The position numbers and the translations under genes are program-made. Of a DNA stretch of 64,000 bases, positions 52,017-64,000 are shown piece after piece (positions within the stretch are counted from its first letter, which is position 1; each line of letters starts with the position of its first letter). A model generated the notes under the pieces. The model was not told the DNA's origin. It ran no database searches and was given only the letters and a program-made list of their open reading frames with translations. The stretch lies in assembly GCF_009914755.1 (NCBI RefSeq), contig NC_060931.1; one strand, given 5' to 3'. The stretch is from the human T2T-CHM13v2.0 reference genome, Homo sapiens.

Positions 52017-55000
52017 ATTACATTCTTTTTATGAGTGAATAGTATTCCATTGTGCTTGTATACAACATTTTGCTTATCTATTTATCTGTTGATGGGCATG
52101 GATTGTTTCCACCTCTAGGCCATTGTGAATAATGCTGCCATGATGATGGGTGTACGAATATCTGTTCTAGTCCTTATTTTCAATTCCTTTGGGTATACAC
52201 CTAGAAATAGAATTGCTAGATCATATAGCAATTCTGCATTCAATTTTTTGAGGAACTGCCATACTGTTCTCCACAGTGGCTGCATCATTTTACATTTCCC
52301 TCCAGTGATGTACAAAAGTTCCAATTTCTCCACATCCTCACCAACACTTTTTACTTGCTGTTTTTTTAAATATAATGGCTATTATATTTTAAAACATTTT
52401 AATTATATTATTATTTTTAAAAATTATATGTTATTATATATAATATATTGTATAATAGCTATTATATATTACATACAATATAATAATATATATTATATAT
52501 GTAATACAATAGATAATATATATCATATATATTATATAATAGTCATTATATATTTTTTATATATAATGGCTATTATATCCTAGAAAGCATAAAGTGATAC
52601 CCCATGATTTTAATTTTCATTTCACTAATGAGGCTGAGCATCTTTTCACATACTTATTGGACTGTATATCTGCTTTGCAAAAGTGTCTATTAAAGTTTTT
52701 GACCACTTTTGAATTGCTTTGTGTTTTGTTGTTGAGTCTTAGGAGTTCATTATATATTCTGGATATTAATTCCTTAGCAGATATATAATTTGAAATTATT
52801 TTCTCCTATTTGTTAGGTCGTGTTTTTGCTTTCTTAATAATATCCTTTGATGCACAAAATTTTTTTAATCTTGATGAAGTTCAATTTATCTACTTTTTGT
52901 TTTGTGGCCTGTGCTTTTGGTATAATATTCATAAAAGTGTTGCTAAATCCAATCTATTGAGGATTTTTCCTAATGCTTTCTTCTAAGAGTTTTATAGTTT
53001 TAGCTCTGAAGTTCAGGGTTTTTTTTATCCATTTTGAGTTCATTTCTGTATATGCTATAAAATAAGGGTCAAACTTTGGTCTTTTGCATGTGGATATCCA
53101 GTTTTCCCTGGAAAAAAACTGTTGAAAAGATTGTCCTTTGCCACTGAATAGTCTTGGCACACTTGTAGAAAATCAATTGACCGTGTATGTGATGGCTAAC
53201 TTCTGGGCTGATAACTGATGTTTTAAGGATGGACTGGAGTTAAATTAGTCTGGCATTTAAAGTCTGTTTGGGGTAATTCTGAGTTATTCAATTTACTCTG
53301 GTTTTCCAGCAGCATAATATAGGGTGACACTAAATCCATTCTTCTTCCTCATCCTGCAACCAATGTGAGTCATAAATATGCCAGTTTTTATTTTTTCTAG
53401 TATCCAACAGGTCATGATGGTTCAGAAAAGCAAAACTCCCAAGGCCACCTATTAATTCTCATAAATAGTACAGAATAAAGTTGCAAGGAAGAAGAACCTA
53501 ATTATCTAACAGTTAGTGAAGCCCACCTTGCCCACAATAAGATTAGTAATTTACGCTATAATCAAGAGCAGTATCAGAAAAATTTCTTCCAGGCAATTAA
53601 AAGATTTGTGGCAGGAGAAGGGAAGGGGAGTTGGAGTTGTCAGTGGGGATTTAATGACAGTTAACGGGGGAAATTTCTGTAATTTGAACTAATTATATTT
53701 TAGATTTTTATTATCTATCAAATGTCTCTTCTTCATTAATTTACTTTGAAGGAAGGAATATATCCAGTTAAGGAATTTACTCTATTTTCCAATATGAAAA
53801 TAAATAATTTCATGTCTTCACTTAAAGGGATTAAAATTTTATGCCTATATTTTTGTTGAATTTAAATATGAGTAGACCATGATTTTAAAAATCGTGTCCC
53901 ACTTTCAAACTGCATCTTTTTAGGTTTCTAATAAATAAAAAGTGGGCTCATTTTCAAGTTATATACCTTTTCATGATTGCTGCTTTAGCTACACAAAGAC
54001 TCAGATGAAGTTTGAAATTATTGCTTGTAAGAGCCTAATCAATTTTATAGACAAGTCAACATCACCTTCCTGTCTCTCCTTGGGTTGTGAAGGTGCAGGG
54101 AAGAGGAGGAGAAGAGAAAAGGTGGGAAACAGGGTAGGGATGGCAATTCCCCCCCTCCAATTACGTGTGTGAGTATGTTTATTTAAACTCCATGATTTAA
54201 ATATTTCAAAATTATACATTTAATTTTAACAGCATTCATTTGTACTGTCACTGATGGTTGCATTGCTATTTGAAAAGTGAAATGGTCAAGTGCCCCCAAA
54301 ATATTGTGTCTCTTTTATGTAAGACACAAAAAAATTGTGTTTTCTTTTACATAAATGTTTCTAGAAATGCAATAGACAACATTTATGTGTATTATGAAAT
54401 GGGAGAGAAGTTTTTTGCTACATGAAGAAATTTCATGACGTACTTATTCCAATGACTTACCATAGAATTGTTCTGGAATATTATGCTTATTAAGACCTTG
54501 TACTTGGTTTGACATCTGTCACTTTAATTATGCTTTCTGTATTTTAAGGCTTTCTTGTTATCTTTTACCTATTTTGCTTTTGGATGAAGGAACCATGTCC
54601 ATTTGCTTGTATCTTTTATCCATGACTTGTGAGGCTAACACCCTATTTTAAAGATAATCTTTCATGATTATCTTAGAACATTAAAATTCTTTTACCTAAT
54701 TATGTCTGCAATAACTATTGACTTCCTCTGATGGATGTCAAGGAATTTTTCACTGATGACATCCCTGTCTTTGCTATTTCTCTTTTATATTTTGCATTAT
54801 GACAACCTGGATATTTAAAATATTCTTTTAAAAACAGACTTTGTTATTATACTTACATATGATATTTTACTTTTGTCATCATAATTACCCTCAATTACTT
54901 AATTTTCCTCTTACTATTGATTCATGATTTGCAAGTTTGTATTTTGTTTTGTGTTTTATTTATCCTACAATTTTAGATAGTTTAAGTGATTATAACCACT

Positions 55001-55345
55001 TTTTCTCAATCACATCTTCCCTAATGAAGAATGCAATTGATTATTCATCTCCTAATTGTTCAGAGCACATTTGTAATGCATCTTGCTGGAAAACAGACTT
55101 GAGTGGCAAATTTTCTAAGAATTGCAGATTTGAAAATGGCCTCATCTTGCCTTTTGAGAATAATTAGCCCTTGGCTAAAGATCTAATGTCTGCGTCTGTA
55201 TCTATTAGAGATGTGTGAAGTTGCAAGTAACACAAATTGCAATCACAGGTGTTTATTTTCCTCATGCAACAAGAAGTCTAGAAGTATATGGTCGCTAGCT
55301 TTGGCTCAGATGCCAATATGGTGCTGGAACTCCAGCCCTCATGTC

Positions 55346-56329
<984 letters not shown>

Positions 56330-58437
56330 TAGCTTCCACATCTGCTTTTAACTCATTAAGAATATAAAGTGAAGACTTTTTCTTTGAACTCTTACATCTT
56401 CATTCCTTTTCTACTTTGCTTCAGATTGTTAAAAGATCTCAAGTGCTGTCGTTGCTGTTTACTCATTCTTCATGTTGACTAGCTCCACTTTGTCGGTGGT
56501 GCTTTAAGTTCTGATGGGATAGATTCTCAGAATCCATTTGAATGTAGAGAGAGACGTATACTATAAGACAAGAGAATATGGGAACCAGGAAATGTGTCAG
56601 CCACATCTACAAGTAGAAGGCAGATCTCATAGAAATGCAGGCCACCCTTTCAGTTTAGGAAATGCAAATGTTTTCAGAGAGCACTATCTGGAGGCGCAGC
56701 TCCAGAAATAGACTGCATTCTACTGGAAGAGCCGACCAGGGGACCATCTGCTCCACATCATAGATCATCCCATCTCCTATATGCACCTGAATGGAAAAGA
56801 TACAAACCAGGAAAGGAGCAAAGAATGGTGTGGAGTGTTGATCACTTCTGCTCTGCATATGAGGACTGCCCTGCCCAAAATCTTATTAAAATCTAGAATG
56901 TTTTCAAGTCCTATTGTTTGTATGGGTAACTGCAAAGGATTTGTTATTTTTCTTTTGAGATCATGTCATGGTTATTTTAGAAAGAGGACACTCCTAGCAT
57001 TTCCCTTCACTCCACTAACTTCCTGGGGACCATCTTTGAGCATTAAACCTATGTAAAGACAGTGGTCTGGGGGAAAGTACCAGCAAGTATATCCTATAAA
57101 AAGGAGATAGAGATCTCTGTTGATTGCAGGGAAAAATGTAGATTACCGTGATCATTTTATTTCATTTGTGGCAGAGGCTGCTGTTCCCCTGGCTAACACG
57201 CTTTCTTTCTTCCTCTCTTAGGTTTAACAGCTTTAATTTCATTTTGTGCAGCATGTATTTTGCAGGTTTCAAGCAGGTAGGGGTGGTCACGTGACACTGT
57301 CCTGGCCAATAATACATATGAAGTCACTGAATGGATCTTCCAGAAAGGTTCTTTGAACAGTGCTAATTCAGCTGGATGTAGCGTTTTAATCCTGTTCCCT
57401 TCTTTTTCTTGCCTGAAATTTGTAGACCTCATAGCTGGAGCTCTGGCTAAAATGTTGACAATCTGAGAACAAGTCCTCATCCTAAAGTTGGAGTCTTGTT
57501 GACTTGGGACCTTCATCGTATTTCTGTGTTATCTAATTTGTTTAAACCACTGTTGTACAACTTTGCTGTTACATATAGCTGAAGTCAACCCCTAACTGAG
57601 AGAAAAGCCATCCTCTTTCTCTTGGAGGCACTAATATCTCTGAATACCTTGTTATTATTGCATGGTTAAAGTAATATCAAAGTGTAGGACTATGATGGGT
57701 AAACTTTAATACCACCATGAAGGGTATCCATTACCCTTGGTCTACAAATCAGTTGCAATCTAGGTTTGACTTTCAAACAAACCAGTAACATAGGAGAATT
57801 TTTGAACATTCTAGAAGTTTCTGAACAGAAAACAATAAAAGCTTTAGTTGTACAAATGGGCATTTAACACTTCCATTGGTAAAGTGTTTGGAGACTAGAC
57901 TCCAGCTTTTAGGAAGTGCAACTGCACCTAGAGGCCACAAAGCCTCAAGACAGTTCAGTGAAGGGCCTGAGCCCTGTGAGGTCATGCATTGGGAGCTATA
58001 ACTAATGTTTTGGAATAAGAGATAGGGGACTCAGAAGACTCCTTTATGGCTTTTTACTAGAATTCTTATCAGTGAAATTATTTGTAAAGCTCTTTGTTTA
58101 TGACAACATCAGCTTACATTAGCTGTTCTAAGGGGAAATAAGGAAGAAGAAAATTGCACATCCTAGGGGAGTGAGCAAAGCCCAAGAAGGAGGCAAAAAC
58201 TCAGAAAAAATGAGGCAGAACCAATCTAGGAGCCTTCCTATCTCACCTGGAGTTTTCTACTCAGCAGTTCCTTTTGGTTCCAAATTTACATAATAGATTG
58301 TTGTGTGCCAGAAATGATTAATTCTGTGAGCCATAAACTTTATTAGGTCCTGCCCATTAGCAATACTCCAGGGTTTTTTTTTTGAACAAGTCAAAAAAAA
58401 AAAATATATATATATATACACACATATATATATAGAA

Positions 58438-58752
<315 letters not shown>

Positions 58753-59979
58753 TGATTCATTCTATAACACTTCTAAGCACCTGGAGTGTCCCAGGCACCA
58801 AACAAATTATAGCAAAAAATTTACATTAAACTTTAAAAAGGAATTCATTACTTTGCTTTTTAATAGCTGCAGGTTGCAGCATACTTTAACAATGCATTCT
58901 ATGCTCTCCACCTACCATTAAAACTTGGTTTGATAAGACATAGGCAATTAGGATGCAAAGCCGACTAATCACAAATTTAAACCTCTTTGCATCCTGAGTA
59001 TGACACTTCCTTTGAAAACTAGATGCCTCTCAAATTTTATTAACAAGACAAATATAACTAATTACACAAGCCTTGAGCAGCAAAAACTTCATTTCATATT
59101 ATAGTCACCTAATATGAGGTATATCATGAAATAGAAAAGAAGGCAGATATTTTTACTGTTATGTCAATACAGGATACGTTGCAAATTACTACAGGAATTT
59201 CTGGGTTTTATAAAGTAACAACTACGGTTTGGTTTTGTCCATATTTTTATTTTAACATAATCTAGTTATGTGTCTTTTTTTTAAGTTTTCAATATAACCA
59301 TAGATGTCTAGCAATCAGGCATGTTAATGTATGAGTTACGTAATTCCACACACAATGCAAATTCTGTTTCTTTGCAGAAGTCTTTGAAAGCCTTGGAGAT
59401 AACCAGAAAATGAAGGAAGCCCTCCACCACTGAGTTTCAGGGCAAAGGGAAGAAACAAGATAAAGTAGAACCGTCAGTACAAGTGGAATTATTAATGACG
59501 TCCAAATGCAGTCATTAAATACTATCAGACTTATTTATTGACTCCTGATATTAAGAGTGAACAAACCCCTGGCCAAGTGGGAACTTGCTCGGTAGCCTTT
59601 ATCTTTCTATCACTCATTCAGTCAATTCATTAAAGCCTGTTTGTCTCTCCCAGGTGACTCTTACTGAGTTTCATTGTTTTGTTTATTGTGTTTGTTGGCT
59701 CATAGATCTCTTTCACAATTTTCTTCGGCTTCTGAATGCTCTTTAAGTACCAGTTTTGATCAGCCCATTTGCTTTAATAAACAGGAGAGCAAGATGGGAC
59801 AGGGCGATACAGGGAGAAAAGGGGGCAAAGGGAATCGCACCGGGTGCTTGTGCTCCCTAGAAAAACCAGCAGGTGGTAGCAACACTTCGTGGCAAGGCCC
59901 CAGCCCAGCTCTGTAGGACCCAAACAATAGACCCCAAATCCCCGTCCTCGGCTAGAGAAGGGGTTAGAGGTGGGCGGAA

Positions 59980-61250
59980 ACACTTTTCCTCGCGGCGCCC
60001 CCTCGGTTCCTCAACCCTGCCTCCAGGCGCCAGCTGAGAGCACCTTGCACCGCCCCTCCTCACTGCAGGGAGGTTCTCTCCGGAGCGCGGGCGAGGGAGG
60101 AGGCACCCAGAGGTGCAGCGACTTGCCCAAGCCATGTCAGAGCCAGGCGTACAGCAGCGCTTCCCCTTTTCAACCCGACTGCCCTGCCCCTTGGGGAGGG
60201 TAGATGGAGGGAGGTTCGACTCAGAAGCCCCAACGTTGACCAAGATCCAGACACGAAAAGAGAAAAGAGTTCCCGGCTAGCACGGCGACGCTTTCATACC
60301 GAGACGCCCCCCTCTCCCGCTGCCTCGGCTCCCCCTACCACCGCCCGTACTCTCCCAGATTTCTCAGTTTGTCTTTCCCTCCACCCCCTGCTTTTCCTTC
60401 CTTCTCTCTTGCTCAGCTCACGCCCACCTTAGTTCAAAGCTGAGTAGGAGCCCCACTGTTTTAGTTCCTAGAGTTAAAGCCGAAGAGGAGGGAGGCGCGA
60501 GGGGGTGTGTGCAGGGCTCTGCCCTGCCCTGAACTGCCACGGTCCGCCAGTTGCGCTTCGCTCCGCGGGTGTCCGACCCAAGCCGAGCCCGAGCCCGAGC
60601 CCAGGCAGGGGCTTTACAGACAGCCTCTTCCCTTCCCACTTCCTGCAGGCGCCCCACGCGTGCGATCCTCCCGGCCAAGACCCGCGGGAGGAGGCCGCCC
60701 CCTTCCCGGCGCACAGGCGGGGCCCCGGGCGCGCCCCGCGTCTCCCCCGCGCGCCGGGGCGGAGGAGCGGGCGCCGCGCACTCACCGCCTAGGCCGGGAG
60801 GGCGGGCTCGGCTCCCCGGAAGAAGGGAGTGGGAAGGCGGCCAAAGGGGCTGAAGGGGCGGGCCGGGCCGGCTTGGGAGGGGACGCGGAGGGGGCGGGCC
60901 GGGCTGCGTTCGCTCCAGCCGCGGCTCTACAGCAGCGGGCGGCGGGACCCGGGACCCAGCTTGGCGACGGCGATCTCGACGCGGGCCCCCAGGATCTCCC
61001 GGCGCCCCACCTCTGGAGCAGCCCCTGCCGCCAGCGTCAGGTCCACCCCGGAATCCCAGGGACTCTCGGCGCCGAACGGACCCGGGCCGGGTGCAACGGG
61101 GTCCCCGGACTGGAGAAGACGCGGGTGGCACCGTGCGAGCTCCAGGAGCCCCGGGTCCACTGCGAGGCCTCGGGGGGCGCAGACCTGCAGAGACTGCGGC
61201 CAACGGGAAGGTGAGCCCGCGGGGTTAGCAGGCGGCGTTGTGGGGGTCGG
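59980..61250. promoter_or_regulatory. CpG-island, TATA-less promoter with multiple GC boxes (probable EPHB6 promoter)
   Basis: very high CpG density; GGGGCGG Sp/KLF boxes near 60746, 60855 and 60891. Confidence 0.88.
60900..61210 (+). other. EPHB6: Non-coding first exon, probably EPHB6 (start approximate)
   Basis: strong donor AAG|GTGAGC at 61210/61211 at the 3' edge of the CpG island; EPHB6 is the known 3' neighbour of TRBV30. No EPHB6 coding sequence is visible in the window, so identity rests on synteny. Confidence 0.68.
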
Positions 61251-64000
61251 GGACAGTATGCTTGGGGACAGAGGAATTAAGGTTTGCAAGAGTAGTGGGG
61301 CTCCCCAGCCCCTAGGTGGCTTCCTGAGGGAGTACTGAGGATCCTTCCTCAAGGCCAGAGTGGGGTTCATGAAGGGTGAGGAAACGGTCAACCTGGCTAC
61401 TCCCCTCTCACTCCACTCTGACCTGGCATCATTGACACCGCATTACCCTTGCTGTTAGGATCCCCCAGTTGCGTTCCCAGACATTCTCCTCTGGCTCTGG
61501 CTTGGGAGTCCTAATCTGGGAGGGTCCTCGCAGAGACGGAGCTCCACGCTTGGAACAGGATTGCCACCCCTCTGACTCCAGTGGCATCACTCCAATCCCC
61601 TTGGAGCTGGGAGGAGTCAGGAGGCTGACCACACACCTGTCCCCTGCTCCCCACAAGGCACTGTCCCCCCCAGCTCCATGACCACAGTTAAGCCTTGGAG
61701 GTGGAAGGAACGCTTGGTTCCTGCTGCCCAGCCATCACCCCCAACGTGCAACCAAATTCTATTGCGTGCTCCTGCCCCAGCTCCACCCTCGCTCTGCTCC
61801 CTCCATCTGGGTGCTTGGCCCTGCTTGCCCCACACCCCCACCCACCGATCTCGGCCGTCTGGCACCCTCTCTCCTCCCATCCCTGGGGGAGCTGGCATGG
61901 ACCCAGCATAGCAATGTTGTAATGTCCCTGGCAGCGCCCATGGAGCGGAGCTGCTGGGTCTGTTCCCAGTTAACCCAGGCCCTCCGCCCGCCAGGGGAAC
62001 TTGACTGAGGCTCTAGGAGGGGAGATGCTGGTCCTGAGCTGAGAGACCAGTGGGAGGGAGCTGTGTGGGGCTGTTAGTAGACCACAGAAGCTGCCCAAGT
62101 AAGGGGCATTGGAGCATTGAGGCTTCTGAGTGCTGCTCAGTGGGGCCACTTGGCTTTTCAGAGCAGTGGGCCTTTTTTCTCAAAGGAAGATTAGCGTGGG
62201 GGTGTCTGTGTACTTACCTGGTGGCCTCAGAAGGAGGACTTGTTTGGAGTCTATTACTCCATTCAGGGTGCAAAAAGATGGTTGGCAATGACACTGAGTT
62301 ACCAGAATGCTGGGGAGCAACAGGCTGGGGTGGGCTGAGCGTGGGAAAGGCAGGATCCTCCTTCTGGGACGGCTGTTCTGCTATCACTCTGTCCTGAGCC
62401 TGGGCCCTAGACCCTGAGTTCCCACTCTAGGTAGAAGGAGGATGGCAGGTTCTGGAGGGTTTGGGAAGCCTCAGGTTTCCCTTTCTTTACCCACTCCTCC
62501 CCGCCCCCCACTTGGCTCCCTCTCCCAGCCCAGGTGTTTCTGCAGAAGTACCTCCTGGGGCCAAGAGCAACTCACAGCCAGACTGGGGGTAGAGCAGGGG
62601 CCGAAGGTGAGGAAGAAGGGCCCATGGAACCACTCCGGAACCAGCACTGATGTGCATCTTCTGCCACAGGAAAGCAACAGCCCCCATCTACACAGACAGC
62701 ATCTGCTCCCGCCCACCTCATCTCATACACATTCCCTTACACACTCCACCAGGTAGACACACATCCTCAGGCACTGCTGACGCAGGTGCTACTCCTGGCA
62801 CTCAGGGGCTTTCTTCCACAACCTTCCACTTACTCATCTCTCAGGCACATTTGCCTCCTGCCTTAACACCCTCCCTTATGCTCTTTTCCAGAGCCACGCA
62901 TGTCCCCCGTCAGTGCACAGAGTGGCTCATTCTAAGTGGCTGTCTGGCTAGACCTAGACACTGCCTGCATCTTAAAAGCCTCCCCCAGCTCCACAGCCTG
63001 GGAGTGGGAGGCACATTTGTCTGAGTCACAGTGCTCTGGGGGACATTCTCAGGGGCTGGAGGCCTCCAGGGACACAGGACTGTCCTCTGCTAGGTAATCT
63101 ACAAATTGGCTTCTCCAGCCAAGGAAGCAGGGACTAGAAGAGCCGGAGGACAGCCACCTCCTCACTGTCTGTCCTGGATGCCTCCATGAAGCCTGATGAT
63201 GGGATCCTTCTCAAGGCAGGAGGCCAGAGCACGAAGAGATCTCCAAGGTGGAGATTAAAGGATAGAGGCTTTGGCATTAAACTGAGCAAGGATTATACTG
63301 GAATTTCCTGGGCGTTTAACAGCTGTGGAACAGGATAGGGGACAGGGCCTGTGGTACTGACCCCTCCCACACTGACCTGTGTGGCTCACAGGTGTAAGGA
63401 CCAGCCCAGCAACCACACCAGACATAAAACCTCGAACCGCTTTGCCCTTGGGACTGTTCTGTCCCTGCTGGACTCTGCAGCCTGCTTTGTCTCACTAAAT
63501 TGTTCCTGTCTGGGCTCGGTTTGGGGCCATGCCCTTTACTATGTGTTCCCAGTGGACAGTCCCCTGGGTTCCCCTCTGTCCCTTCATAGCCTCATCCCTT
63601 TGCTTGACATCGTCGAAGAGAAGCATGCATGATGTCAGCAGCGGGACAGTTGGAACTTCTTGGGAGACAAGCTTAAAGACTAGCCAGAGATAACAATTAT
63701 TTTGGTTTTCTTGTTGGCATTACTTCACTCATTCATTCTCAGCTCCTACTGTATTTCCACCTCTACCTTCTTCTTATAGATGAACATTTCTTGATATTTT
63801 GAAACATAGAAGGAAAATGGCATGGGGAGTGAATAAAATGTAAACGTATGCTTATTTGTCTAGGTTTTACAAATATTTTTCTTTTTTGTTTAGATTTTAA
63901 TTATGAGATTTTACGTTAATTATAAAAATAAGGTATGCTTACTGTAACAAGAAAAATAATTGAATTATGTGTAAGACAAAATTAATGCCCCCACCTACAA

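Larger units (their letters stand above)
50680..53210 (-). mobile_element. Old L1 (L1MB/MC-like) 3' end, antisense, hosting nested insertions
   Basis: TTGTACAACCATTGCCAC, TTCAATTCCTTTGGGTATACACCTAGAAATAGAATTGCTAGATCAT, TTCTAAGAGTTTTATAGTTTTAGCTCT. Confidence 0.85.

Noticed and set aside
60418-61391. Several long overlapping ORFs (up to 261 aa) on both strands
   Set aside because: Low-complexity Pro/Gly/Arg/Ala translations typical of stop-poor CpG islands; no recognisable domain, and the ORF starts I checked are non-ATG.

Overview
Mammalian (human-like) genomic DNA covering the 3' end of the T-cell receptor beta (TRB) locus in germline configuration. In order on the + strand: TRBD2 with its 12- and 23-RSS, the TRBJ2 cluster (J2-1 to J2-7 plus J2-2P) in a CpG-rich island, the four exons of TRBC2, and the E-beta enhancer core at about 14.6-14.8 kb. 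TRBV30 lies inverted on the - strand at about 18.3-19.0 kb. In this haplotype it carries an in-frame TGA in FR2 (WY*Q instead of WYRQ), so it is a null allele. About 40 kb of repeat-dense intergenic DNA follows (old L1, MaLR/ERVL LTRs, Alus, STRs, small local duplications). The window ends with a CpG-island promoter and non-coding first exon, most likely EPHB6 by synteny. The core system (V(D)J recombination) is well known, and I found no credible new protein-coding gene or wholly novel system. The best second-look items are the TRBV30 nonsense allele, a strong-Kozak intronic ATG opening a J2-3-C2 frame shared with J2-2 and J2-2P, an upstream ORF running through TRBD2, a D-like copy beside TRBD2, a circularly permuted ~470-bp duplication, and several micro-rearrangement scars. 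Repeat subfamily names and allele names are from recall and need tool confirmation.
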